Origin: Octopus sinensis
Lineage: Eukaryota
Direction of reading: 5' to 3'
Assembly: GCF_006345805.1 (NCBI RefSeq)
Contig: NW_021836317.1
Coordinates: forward strand, 3,290-67,289
DNA length: 64,000 nt
Below, one piece after another: positions 1 through 12,030 of this stretch. The notes below the pieces were generated by a model. That model did no database searches. It saw only the letters and a program-made list of their open reading frames with translations, and was not told the origin of the DNA. The position numbers and the translations under genes are program-made. Positions within the stretch are counted from its first letter, which is position 1. Every line of letters starts with the position of its first letter.

Positions 1-908
1 ATTTCCTAAAGACTTCAGAACCGGCAGCCAAAGTTACGATGGTTTGTAAACGAACACGTCTATGCGATCGTATACAGACATTTTTATAACGTTGGTATAA
101 ACATATTTCAAGAATTATTGCGCTTTCATTAGTACTGTATCGATCCCATCAATCATCCCCGATCACATTCATTACATGCTCACTAAGTTTAGCTGTACAA
201 CATATTTGGATAGATGAGTTTACATATAAAACAAATTCCTGGCAGTTGGCACGAACGATGTACATACCGCATTTGAAAAACATGAAATATATTGTTTATT
301 AAATCAGTATTTCATATTATCTAAACAATATAAGAATTTTTTAAAGGCCTCACTGAAAAAGACAACGTTATTATTTTAGCCTGATAAGGAGCATTTGCTT
401 TAGCATATATTTTTCTAAGGAAGACAGCATTTTAAATGGACAAACAATCTAAATTCTAAAGTTTGTATTCTGTCGTCTCTATGTAACAGGCATTGCTCTA
501 CTCATGTATAAAATATCACTTCTCTTATTAAAGCCAGTCCATCAATTATTTCATTTTAATTACATCTGTATCACTATATTGTCGTCCTAAAATATGAATT
601 GTATTTCTATTTGTTTTAACACTTTGCAAAATTCTTGTACGTAAAAGTTTTCTTATATTTCTGAAATAGCCATTCTTACCACCAATATTACACTTGGTAC
701 AATGTGTCCGTAATGTACCAGTTCACTTTAGGCATTCAAATAATCAACACCCTACATGAATCATTCCTTCTTTCCATTTTCATCGTAGCAGAACACGAAC
801 TTTGTGAGACGTTTCATTTACACGAGGGACTATCAACTGTGTGCGCAAAGCATATTTTCACATTCACAGTAAGCGGTTTAAATGTTTCAACTTATGTCTG
901 ATAGTATC

Positions 909-1722
909 GGCATTTCGTCTGCCGATCCGTTCTGGGTTCAAATTCGGCAGAGGTCGACTTTGCCTTTCATCCTTTCGGGGTCGATAAATTAAGTACCAGT
1001 TTCGAACTGGGGTCGATATAATCGACTTAATCCGTTTGTCTGTCCTTGTTTGTCCCCTCTGTGTTTAGCCCCTTGTGGGTAATAAAGAAGCAAAGCATAT
1101 TTTTACATTCACACTAAGCTGTTTAAATGTTTCAACTTATGTCTGATAGTATCAGCATTTCGTCCGCCGATACGTTCTGGGTTCAAATTCGGCAGAGGTC
1201 GACTTTGCCTTTTATCGTTTCGGGGTCGATAAAACAAATATCAGTTACGCACTGGAGTCAATGTAATCGACTGGTCCACGCCCCCAAATTTTCGGGGCTT
1301 TTGCCTATATTAGAAAGGACTTATAATATGGCAAAAGTGAAGTAAGGCGGTGAGCTGTCGGAATCGTTACCACGCCGGACAAAATGCTTAACAGCATTTC
1401 GTCCGTTTTTATTTTCTGAGGTAGACGTTGCCTTTCACCCTACGTCTTTAATCATATCCTGTGGAACCAATTGACGACGTAGGGTGAGGTAGACTTTGCC
1501 TTTCACCATTTAGGAATCGATAAAATAAGTACCAAGTGAGAAATGGGGTGGATTTAATCCTCGATGTAATTCTCTAAATATTACTGGCGTTGACGTTCTG
1601 GGTTCAAATTCCGCTGAGGTCGGGTTTGCGTTTTACCCTTTCGGGGTCGATGAAATAAGCACCAGTTTCGCAGTGGGATCGATGTAATCAAATTCCAGGC
1701 CTTGTGCCTATATTAGAAGATA
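909..1722 (+). mobile_element. Cluster of 4-5 partial copies of tRNA-derived SINE family B (Meta-domain-like core)
   Basis: Repeated gggttcaaattc (Pol III B box) followed by gaggtcgactttgcctttcatcctttcggggtcgataaa..agtaccagtt at about 909-1090, 1155-1320, 1345-1570 and 1590-1722. The core resembles the MetaSINE central domain (recalled, not searched). Confidence 0.85.
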
Positions 1723-2124
1723 TTCATTTCTTTATTGCCCACAAGGGGCTAAACATAGAGGGTACAAACAAGGAGAGATAAAAGGTTTAAGTCGATTACA
1801 TCTGGTACTTAATTTATCGACCCCGGAAGGATGAAAAGCAAAGTCGACCGCGGCGGAATTTGAACTTGGAACGTAGCGGCAGACGAAATACCTATTTCTT
1901 TATTACTCACAAGGGGCTAAACATAGAGAGGACAAACAAGGACAGACATAGGTATTAAGTCGATTACATCGACCCTAGTGTGTAACAGGTACTTAATTTA
2001 TCGACCCCGAAAGGATGAAGAGCAAAGTCGACCTCGGCGGAATTTGAACTCGGAACGTAGCGGCAGACGAAATACCGGTAAGCATTTTGCCCTGCGTGCT
2101 AATGTTTCTGCCAGTTCGCCGCCT
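1723..2124 (-). mobile_element. SINE family B dimer (one head, two body units)
   Basis: Reverse complement of the head ggcggcgaactggcagaaacattagcacg ends at about 2124. The internal unit junction gacgaaatacc|tatttctt is at about 1892. Confidence 0.9.
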
Positions 2125-2719
2125 TCGAGAGTAGAAGATATTATTAATATGGCAACATAAAATACTTATTTGTAATATACTAAAACCATGGGTCGGTGGG
2201 AACGACAACCAAACATACAAGGAGAGAAAACCACCAGAACAGAGTAAAACGTAGTCACTTCCCTATACAATGAGTAGCTTTATGAAAGAGTATAAAGGCC
2301 AGTGCTATAGTAACTGCGAGTGAATGGCTGTCTCACCTAACTTTAAGAATCAATAAAAGCGTATTTAATTTCAAACAAGCGATAGTATGTTCAGCGCTAC
2401 GGGCGATATGCAACGCTACAATATAGACATGACAAATTGAACAAGAAAGTAGTGAAACACAACACCTGCGACATACATTCTTATTTGTCTTTGAGCCACA
2501 AGTGATTTACAAGTAGACTTCGCTGTGAAAAGCATTCCTGTTCGTGGTGGTTAGGTTGCTATTTCTTTGTTGCCTGAAACTGGTAGATACGAGACTAGAT
2601 ATGTACGTGTGTGTGTGTGAGTGTGTATAACGCATGTTCTTGTTTGATTTTATGAGATTTTTTCTTTCTCTCTCCCTCTCATCCTCACCATCTCTGTGTG
2701 CAGTTATTTATATATATAT

Positions 2720-3071
2720 ATAATAATAAATATTAGGGAATAAAACCAAATTTACAGGGAAAAAAATCAGATTTAGGATTAAATCCAATTTTATAGTAAA
2801 ATATTATATAATATTAATTAGAGACAAAACCACTATTTTGCAAAACAAACAAGGAAAGACTTAATCAATACATAAAATTTTAATAAAAAGTAAAAAAAGT
2901 AAAAAAAAGTAAAAAAAAAACGCCACTACAATTGTTTCATGTCTTGATCGACAATCTTCAGGTGGATTTCCGATTTTTCAAGTCAGTTTCAAATTTTATT
3001 AAAATTTTATGTATTGATTAAGTCTTTCCTTGTTTGTTTTGCAAAATAGTGGTTTTGTCTCTAATTAATAT

Positions 3072-3075
<4 letters not shown>
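2720..3075 (-). mobile_element. PLE-like fold-back element in (TA)n with hammerhead
   Basis: Inverted arms about 2805-2888 and 2994-3075 (aattagagacaaaaccactattttgcaaaacaaacaaggaaagacttaatcaatacataaaatttt and its reverse complement). Unpaired tail 2720-2804, hammerhead in the spacer, (TA)n on both sides. Confidence 0.75.
2923..2965 (-). ncRNA. Minimal type I hammerhead ribozyme, core intact
   Basis: Minus strand reads CCAC-CUGAAGA-UUGUC-GAUCAA-GACAU-GAAA-C-AAUU-GUA-GUGG. Stem I is CCAC/GUGG, stem II is UGUC/GACA, stem III is the palindrome ACAAUUGU, and the cleavage triplet is GUA. Confidence 0.8.
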
Positions 3076-3148
<73 letters not shown>

Positions 3149-3156
<8 letters not shown>

Positions 3157-3437
3157 GAAGGAATGGAGTTGAACGACGATTTAACAAAATTCCTTTATTC
3201 TCGACATATGTTTCGAAGACTGCATATTGTCGAGAATAAAGGAATCTTGTTAATTCGTCGTTCAACTCCATTCTTTCATTTATTTGTATTAAAAAAAAAC
3301 ACACACATTTCCACACGAAAGCACGTGATCTCTGCCCTTGGCATGTAGCTTCAACCGTTGTTTTTCTGACGTGAATTTGCTACCCGGGTATCGGTTAACC
3401 GAATTATCCAAACTAGGATAATTCATTCAACTACTTA
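3149..3437 (+). mobile_element. PLE-like fold-back element in (TA)n with hammerhead 3' half
   Basis: 58-bp inverted arms 3149-3206 and 3228-3285, then a 150-bp tail ending at (TA)n. The reverse complement of 3198-3214 reads GAAA-CAUAUG-UC-GAGAA (stem III plus GUC site). Confidence 0.65.
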
Positions 3438-3519
3438 TAATATATATATATATATATATATACGTCGATTCCGAAGATACGTAGGTCTTTCTAAATATCA
3501 AATAAATATATATTTAAAT

Positions 3520-4108
3520 TTTGCCCACAAGGGCCTAAACATATAGGGGACAAACAAGAACGAAAGAAAGGATTAAGTCGATAACACCGAATCCTGTGCG
3601 GCGTAACAGTTATTTATTTAATCGACCACGACAGGATGAAATCCAAATTCGACCTCGTCGGAATTTCAACTCAGAACTTAGCGGCAGACGAAATAGAGCT
3701 AAGTATTTCGCCCGGTGTGCTAACGATTCTTATATCTTTATTGGCCACAAGGGGCTAAACATAGAGGGGACAAACAAGGACGACAAATGGATTAAGTTCA
3801 TTACATCGACCCCAGTGCGTACTGGTATTACGACCCCGAAAGGATGAAAGCCAAAGTCGACCTCGGCGGAACTTGAACTCAGAACGTAGCGGCAGAAGAA
3901 ATACCTATTTATTTACTGCCCACAAGGGGCTAGACATAGAGGGGACAAACAAGGACAGACAAACGGATTAAGTCGATTATATCGACTACAGTGCGTAACT
4001 GGTACTTATTTTAATCGACCCCGAAAGGATAAAAGACAAGGTTGACCTCGGCAGACGAAATACCGCTGAATATTTCGCCCGGCGTGCTAACGTTTCTGCC
4101 AGCTCGCG
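3520..4108 (-). mobile_element. SINE family B multimer (dimer plus adjacent copy)
   Basis: Three cccacaaggggctaaacatagaggggacaaacaagg-type tail blocks. Head at about 4060-4108 and junction gaaatacc|tattt at about 3905. Confidence 0.9.
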
Positions 4109-4519
4109 GTGTACATTAAATAAACATTAAATACAGTGTGAATTTACGTCGCCTGGCAAAACAGCAATAATGTTCATACCATACTGTTCTATTAGCTTCG
4201 GGTTATATCGATTGGTTACGTTCACCTTTGTGTCCGGGATATAAATTTAAAAAGCCATAGAAATATTTCATCTGTATAGCATATCAAAATTAATGTTAAA
4301 ATACACTATGCATCATAAATAATTAAAATTCATTTAAAAACAAAGTCATTAAGAGTTACAGATTAACGGTAATACAAATCGGAAGAAGTGTACTTGCTCG
4401 AATGTTTTCTCATAGGTGGCATTCGTGCTCCTGTCGCGAGCTTTTCAAAAGTGCTCCGTCGACAGTGCTGTAGAATTTTATACAACTGTTTTTGTGATTG
4501 ACATTTTAGCTTCATGGCT

Positions 4520-5030
4520 ACGGAGAAGAAACCAAGTGAAAGGGATATGCGGGAAGCCGTATTGTTGGAAGATGAAATTGGATATGATAAAACGATATGA
4601 AAAGGGCGAAAAGATGGTGGCCATTGCACGATCTTTTGGGATGAGCCGTACGACTGTTTCAACGATTGTGCACAATAGGGATGAGATTATGGCACCTGTG
4701 AAAGATGATTCTCCTGGAATGACAAACACCGTCATCAACAAGAAAAGGGGCGAATCTACGAAGATATTAGCAGCTTCTTGCCCTTTGTGTTGAAAGGCAG
4801 AATGGTAAGCAAGCATTTGTAGTCAGGGAATAATTCAGGAGAAACCGTTGTCTTTGTTTTAAACATTTGAGAAAGAAATATCCGGATGTCAAAGGCGTAG
4901 AAGGTTAAGCAAGTCAGGGATGGTTTATGAGGGTTAATTAGCCGCAGAATTCGTACTCTCTCAAAAAACAGGGTGTAAGCGCATTAGTTGAGAATGTTGC
5001 TGTAGCAGAATTCTTACCACATATCAGGAC
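4520..5030 (+). pseudogene. Tigger/pogo-type transposase remnant (CENP-B N-terminal HTH)
   Basis: MKLDMIKRYEKGEKMVAIARSFGMSRTTVSTIV is a typical psq/CENP-B HTH. Downstream IIQEKPLSLF and ASQGWF match second-HTH motifs. Frameshifts and stops are present. Confidence 0.8.
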
Positions 5031-5698
5031 TGCGCCTATATGCTCATTCTTTCCTCCAGAAATATAATTTCCTATCACAGCATTTTCACACTTCCGAACA
5101 AAGCATATTTGTAGTACTATCATATCTTTTGATAAAATTCTTAAAGCCGTTTTATTAAGATGTTTTATTTCCAAAATAATAAAAATAGTACGCCCTGAAA
5201 GATGCACACATTTTGAAGAACCTTCAGTTTTTCATTAGTATTAACACAGCACAAACCTTAACCAAATCCTTACTTCATTGTGTTTCGAGAAATATTCGTT
5301 GAGAGCCCTAAAATTTCGCATGATTTGCATTTCAATTCTCGAATATAATTTGTATTTTGTGGATAAAGAAAAAATTGTGGTTGAATGGGTGATTCATCTT
5401 CTGACGATTTTGGTGACAAATTCGAAAATCGATCATATCTCATTTCTGCGTCAATGATTTTTACTTACATGTCACGCAATTTTCTGCTTTAAAACGTTTA
5501 TTTCTTTAGCAACATTTCACACATAATACCGAATTAACAATCTTGACATCAAGCAAAATATACGGCTTTCTGAACGGAGTAGTGTTCTCTAAGTCTATAA
5601 GCAGAAACATCAACGCTTTCATCGATACATATGCATATATATACACATATATACTTACATTCACACACATGTCTTGTATGTATATATACATATATATA

Positions 5699-5776
<78 letters not shown>

Positions 5777-5787
5777 ATTATATTTAT

Positions 5788-6160
5788 ATGAGGGAGTAAA
5801 ATCCAAACTTACAAGGAAAAAGAATTCAATTTAGAAATACTAAATCAAATTCCAAAATATAATACATATAAAATATTAGAAAAAAACACCTTTTATCAAT
5901 TCAAAATGAATAATTAAATTACACCATCTAGAAAATTACATATAATAGAAAAATTAAAATTTAAATAACAATTAAAAAGTAAAGATTAAGTAAATTACAA
6001 AAATAATGTATTGTATATAATAGGTAGAAAAGCTTAATCTTTACTTTTTAATTCTTATTTAAATTTTGATTTTTCTATTTATGTAATTTAATTATTCATG
6101 ATGGTGTAATTTAATTACTCATTTTGAATTGATAAAAGGTGGATTTTTTCTAATATTATA
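5788..6160 (-). mobile_element. PLE-like fold-back element in (TA)n, relative of 2720-3075
   Basis: Diverged inverted arms about 5872-5990 and 6033-6157. Tail agggagtaaaatccaaacttacaaggaaaaa resembles agggaataaaaccaaatttacagggaaaaa at about 2735. Confidence 0.65.
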
Positions 6161-6171
6161 TATATATATAT

Positions 6172-6560
6172 AAGATTTTTTTCGCAATGAGATAAAAAAA
6201 AAAGGCTGTGTAGATGTTAGAAAATTTATAGATAGAAGGTCTATAGCTGTTTACAGGATATTTATTAATTATATCCCTTCATCGGAGACGGTGTGAGAGG
6301 ATGGTTAAGTACTAGTTAATTTAAATGGGATGCAAAATAGAGAGTGAGGTGGAGGAAAGAAAATAGATGTGAGATATGTAGTGATATTGAAGTTGTAGAT
6401 CCATTTTTTGGGGCAGAATGGTATATATGTAAGATTCCAATACCTTATGAGTAAAATCCAACGGAATTTAAAATGAATCATTCCAAATATAGAGTTTATA
6501 CACAATGTAAGATTACAATACCGTATGAGTGAGATCTAGCAGTATTTAAACTTGGTCAGT
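6172..6560 (-). mobile_element. Putative PLE 3' end with degenerate hammerhead (6238-6289)
   Basis: Minus strand reads GUCU-CCGAUGA-AGGGAUAU-loop-AUAUCCU-GUAAAC-AGCU-AUA-GACC about 65 nt before (TA)n. The upstream boundary is uncertain. Confidence 0.5.
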
Positions 6561-6571
6561 GTTTAAATCAA

Positions 6572-6725
6572 GTTTACGTCTCCGTAACTTAGCGGTTCAG
6601 AGAAAAGGCCGATGGAATAACTACTAGGCTTAAATGACTAAGTCCTAGAGTCGATACGGTTAACTAAAGCTGGTACTCCAGCATTGCCGCAGTCAAACGT
6701 CTGAAACAAATAAAAGAATAAATGA
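6572..6725 (+). mobile_element. SINE family A 3' fragment
   Basis: tttacgtctccgtaacttagcggttc...ctccagcattgccgcagtcaaacgtctgaaacaaataaaaga matches the 3' half of the full copies. Confidence 0.8.
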
Positions 6726-6760
6726 ATATATATATATATATTATATATATATATATATAT

Positions 6761-6860
6761 AAAATAATAATAATAATAAAATTAGGGAATAAATCCAAAT
6801 TTACAGGGAAAAATCAGATTTAGGATTTGCATAATAGTGGTTTTGTCTCTAATTAATATA
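6761..6860 (-). mobile_element. Internally deleted copy of the 2720-3075 element
   Basis: attagggaataaatccaaatttacagggaaaaatcagatttaggatt is joined directly to tgcataatagtggttttgtctctaattaata, inside (TA)n. Confidence 0.8.
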
Positions 6861-6892
<32 letters not shown>

Positions 6893-6940
6893 TATACGTA
6901 TGTATATATATATAATATATATATATATATGTATATATAT

Positions 6941-7093
6941 AGTGACGCATATTTGCCATTTGAATATGGCTAACCCCTAAGGGTGGATGCTACTGTAGTT
7001 TGTAGCCCCAGGAAGATATCTCCTCCAGCTGGCTATAGACACTCTATCTGTGCCCTATCAGTGCCCTTTATAACTCGCTCTGAGATTTATCAT

Positions 7094-7095
<2 letters not shown>
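6941..7095 (+). mobile_element. Unclassified retroposon 3' end in (TA)n
   Basis: GC-richer insert flanked by (TA)n. Its terminus tgagatttatcattatata recurs alone at about 7955-7973. Confidence 0.4.
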
Positions 7096-7124
<29 letters not shown>

Positions 7125-7862
7125 TTATATTTATGTATAAATATACATGTATAAATGTATGTACTTAAAGTTGTAATATGATAGCGTATGCGCAGCCCCA
7201 TTTATCGTTTATCCCCTATCTATTTGAAAATGCATTAACACCCGTAACCTTTTGAGAGCAGTCAGCCCCCAATGCTCTCATCGGTATTCAGTAACGCATG
7301 AATGGGTTCCATTCCACTACATTTGAGAAAGGCTGTGGTCGAATATCGGCTGAAATGCAATTCGTTTTTGCATGTTTTGAGATCTCCATCTGTAACTCTG
7401 TGCATCCTTTTCAAATACAAATTGGAAATCGAGAGACAAATCGCTGACGAAGAATAACATTAGACACTTGATATGCTTTCGGAAAGCCATTAAAATACTG
7501 CACTCTCTTCACTCTTTTACTCTAACGTACCGAGAAATTCTACCTTACTCGCCACACTACTTCAAACTTTATTGAATATCAGGTTAATTACACTCTGCAT
7601 ATATAAGATCAAATTTTCCAAGTGACCTACACTATGGTAGGTCAGCCACCTCTAACTCTTCAACCGCTACGGGGTGTCATTGTTTTCATTGCAGGTATAG
7701 GATGACCACTGCGAGGACAGATTAAATAAGACCTTTGTTTGCGGGTGTAATCCTTAATTATTTCACATACAAAGACGCATATCTTAAATTCTACACAAAC
7801 ACAGTATGTCTTTATAATGGGTAATTATATATACATCTATATCAATACACATCTATATACAC

Positions 7863-7894
<32 letters not shown>

Positions 7895-7907
7895 TCTCTC
7901 TCTCTCA

Positions 7908-7954
<47 letters not shown>

Positions 7955-7965
7955 TGAGATTTATC

Positions 7966-8009
<44 letters not shown>

Positions 8010-8120
8010 TCAATACACATCAATATACATCTATATATAACATCTATATCATACATACACTTTCATAGGCCACCCCATTATTTCTGTGTGTGCGTTTGTG
8101 TGTCTTTGTGTTAGCGTGCT

Positions 8121-8166
<46 letters not shown>

Positions 8167-9327
8167 GATATGTGTGTATATGGATGCAGCATCACAATGT
8201 AGCCAATAGATGAATAGATGTGAAGGAGATTTCGATATCTTAGTTCCTGTGTAACGAAATTCGTTTTGTTGTGCAAGCGGCAGTTATCAGAACGCGAGCA
8301 GAAGATTAATGCGCAGATGAATGCATGAATACGTTATTTGATCATTCTCTGGGCCGCTACTTTATGCATCTGCCTTTTATCTCAAAGGTGTAACGACTCA
8401 CTACACGATCAAACCTGTAACCTGCATTCAGGTTTTCATGCTTAATAGGAATATCTGAGGTTTTACTGATATTGTAAGAGATAATAAGGATTGTGTTTGC
8501 CGGAATCGGTTGTGCATGAGACAAAATCCTTTTCTAAGGTTTACTTTGAAACTAGGTCGATTTCCCTTTTATCCTTTCCGCTGGCGATGAAATGAATGCT
8601 TATTTCGTTGCTCTTTATTCATCGAAGTACAAATTTACCGGATTCGATATATACAGACGCACATCGAAACTTTGCTTTTCGATGTTAAATCAAAAGGCTC
8701 ACACTTACATCCCTACAGATGTAAATATGTAAAGAGGCACACATCCATAAATAAATACATACACACAGGCACAAACATACATACATACACACATTTATAG
8801 ATACATACACACACATACATACAAACACACATATATACATACATATATACGCATATAGATACACGAAAACATACACAAACACAAACACATACTATTATTG
8901 TGTTGACCAGGTTTCCAAATTTCGTTTTACACTGCTCGTCACAATGCCATTCCAATCGTTATGGTACAATTCGAATGAGGCCATACGGCTGGTTTACGTA
9001 AGCCAGAACAACATTCTGTCTGGAAAGGAGGGGATTTACTTGCAGGGGAACCTGTTTAGAGGTAAGTAAAATGCAGAGTTTCGTTGTGCAGGCCAACGTC
9101 ATTCTGGAAATTGAAAAAACGGCTTTGAAAGCAAAAACCCATACCAATATACTAGGCACGTTCGACATATTTATACAGAGAGACAGACACACAGTCAACC
9201 AGAGATGTATAAATGCATATAAATATATATACATACATATATAAATAAATACACACACATACACATATATCTATCTATCTATCTATCTATATATATACAT
9301 ATACACACCCACACAAACACACCCACA

Positions 9328-9369
<42 letters not shown>

Positions 9370-9393
9370 ACACACACACACATATATATATAT

Positions 9394-9435
<42 letters not shown>

Positions 9436-9436
9436 A

Positions 9437-9680
9437 ATGCGCCCTTTTAAAGCCTACACAGATTCATGGGCCCGGGTTCCCAGTTTCAATGGCGTATGTG
9501 TACCCCAGCTGGACGGGACGCCAGTCAATCGCAGTGTTACTCATTTTTGCCAGGTGAGTGGACTGGAGCAACGTGAAACGAAGTGTTTTACTCAAGAACA
9601 CAAAGCGTCGCCCGTTCTAGGAATCGAAACCACAATCTTACGATCATAGTGCTGACACCCTAACCACTAAATCAAGCACC
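9437..9680 (-). mobile_element. tRNA-derived SINE family C with V-domain-like segment
   Basis: Minus strand: ttagtggttagggtgtcagcactatgatcgtaagattgtggtttcgattcc (A/B boxes), tgtgttcttgagtaaaacac, then ctgcgattgactggcgtcccgtccag. Confidence 0.8.
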
Positions 9681-10113
9681 AACACGCACACACACATATA
9701 TATATATTCATTCTTGGCACTTACTCTATATCTCTAACAAAGCTTTTTGTTCTTTATAAATTTAACCATATGCTGTAAATTAGTAAGTATACGAATGTTG
9801 TTTTAATTTTGATTAATCATATTATGATCCAATCGTCCTTTTGAACGCAATACTATATCGAAAGATCCTATCTATTCTGCTATTACATCGAATGTTCGTT
9901 AGGAAGAACAAATTTCAGCAATTCTTTTGATATTTATACGCTTCCATATTTACATATTCTTCGGTTGCAAATCTCATCCACCCAATTATTTCGATATTAA
10001 TTATTTTGCAATCTCTTCATTTAGTGTTGTTAGTGTTATTGAACTGATACAGCAAAATCTACCGATTACTCTCCTTTGTCACTTCTATTATAGCTTTGAA
10101 AAAAAATAACAGG

Positions 10114-10602
10114 TAAAATCAAAATGCGCTCGTCAAAACCTGCTCTCAGAATAAGTACAAGGTAAAATTACTACCTGCTTTTACAGCAAATTGATGCAGG
10201 TAGTTTATCTCGTTCCCCATCCGATTTTTGGTTCATGCAAGTGAAACAAAACACCGCATTATTTATGGCATGACCCAAAATATTAGTGTTGTTTTTATTG
10301 GAATTATGAATAAGGCGGCGAGGTGGCAGAGATGTTAGCAAGCCAGGCAAAGTGCTAACCGCTAATTCCGCAGTCTTTACTTTCCGATTTCAAATTCCCG
10401 CAAGGTTGACGTTGCCGTTCATCCTTTCGGGGTCGATAATTTAAAATCAAAATGCACTCGTCAAAATCTGCACTGAGAATAAGTTCATGGTCAAATTACT
10501 ACCTGCTTTTACAGCAATTTGATGCAGGTAATTTATCCTGTCCCCCTCCGATTTTTAGTTCATGCAAGTGAAAAACAACTGCATTATTTATAGGATGACC
10601 CA
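10114..10602 (+). repeat. About 160-bp direct repeat flanking a truncated SINE B (10313-10440)
   Basis: taaaatcaaaatgc(g/a)ctcgtcaaaa...atgacccaa at 10114-10278 and 10442-10603. Confidence 0.85.
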
Positions 10603-11561
10603 ATCACGATACAGCAGCACTTATCTTATGACTGACAGGGGAGGCAAGCTCTCTACAGCTTCTGGGGCGTAAATGGAAACGTAGTGTGCCGGTGCCTTTG
10701 GTGGCTTTTGAGGCTGAGGAGAGAATACAAGAGGTGGAGGCATATATCTCAAGGAAAAGTTTGCAGGGAACGAGGAAAAGCGAGTCGCTTTCTGTGTCTT
10801 CCATGTTCCATCTTTGCCTCTAGCCACCTATTTACCATCAGGTCAATACTCTCCAGGATAGCATATCACTTATTTGGGGCGGTGGGTGGCGATTGTCTCC
10901 CAAGTATTTAGGTAAATGGAGCAGCGGAGGAGAGGAGCGTCGAGCTGGTCTCGAAATCAGAATTTGCGTACTTCTAGTTGTCTGTAAATGAAGCAGCGCA
11001 AAAATACGCAGCCAAAATACTTACTCAATGCTGAGAGAGTTAGATAAACTTATAACGGAGAAGCATACATATTTTGATAAAATTTGAAGGTTTTGAATCC
11101 GGAACATAAGGAGTCGCAATGAAATTCGTTAGGCAATTTATCGGCTAATTTAATATTACTGACAAGAAACATTCTTCTAGAATAACTAGAGAAAAATTAT
11201 AAGAATGATTACACAATTAAGGTCAATAGCAACTTCAATTATGAACTGACTTTGTTAAAATCTAATTCGATGTATCGCATGCATCACAGAAAATTCACTC
11301 ACAAAACATTTCAAAGGGAAGAACACTTATGTGTACACAAATTTCGAAGCAGAATTTTGTTGTAACGCGAGCAAATTGAGTATTTTAAAATGCAAAGTAC
11401 AAATGTTAATTTAATTGTGTCATAAAAGAAGGAGGGAATTTAATGTAAAGGTTAACACTTACAGTCATCGTGTTCTATCATATATGCAAAGAAATCATTT
11501 TGAAACATGGAAACGAAATGCAAAGATTTAATAAACTACATAAGGAAATAATGATGCTATC

Positions 11562-11641
<80 letters not shown>

Positions 11642-11666
11642 ATACATATATATATGTATGTATGTA

Positions 11667-11702
<36 letters not shown>

Positions 11703-11984
11703 TAGTGATGCTAATACAATTGTAGACAAAATAACTCACTCTTCCTATTTCGCACACACACACACACACACTCTTTCTCCCTCTCCCTCTCTCTCTCTCT
11801 CTCTAATAATATTCTCTAATATTTATATAGCTGTATGTGTGCGGTAGTGTGTGTCTATCCAAAAGTATTCACAACCACTATTTAAATAAACGTACACATA
11901 CATACTGAAACATAAATGCATACATACATAAATTCATACATTCACACACATACATATGCATATATATATATATATATATATATA

Positions 11985-12030
<46 letters not shown>

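Noticed and set aside
7444-7490. CUGACGA...GAAA hammerhead candidate
   Set aside because: Stem II is poor and there is no stem I or III.
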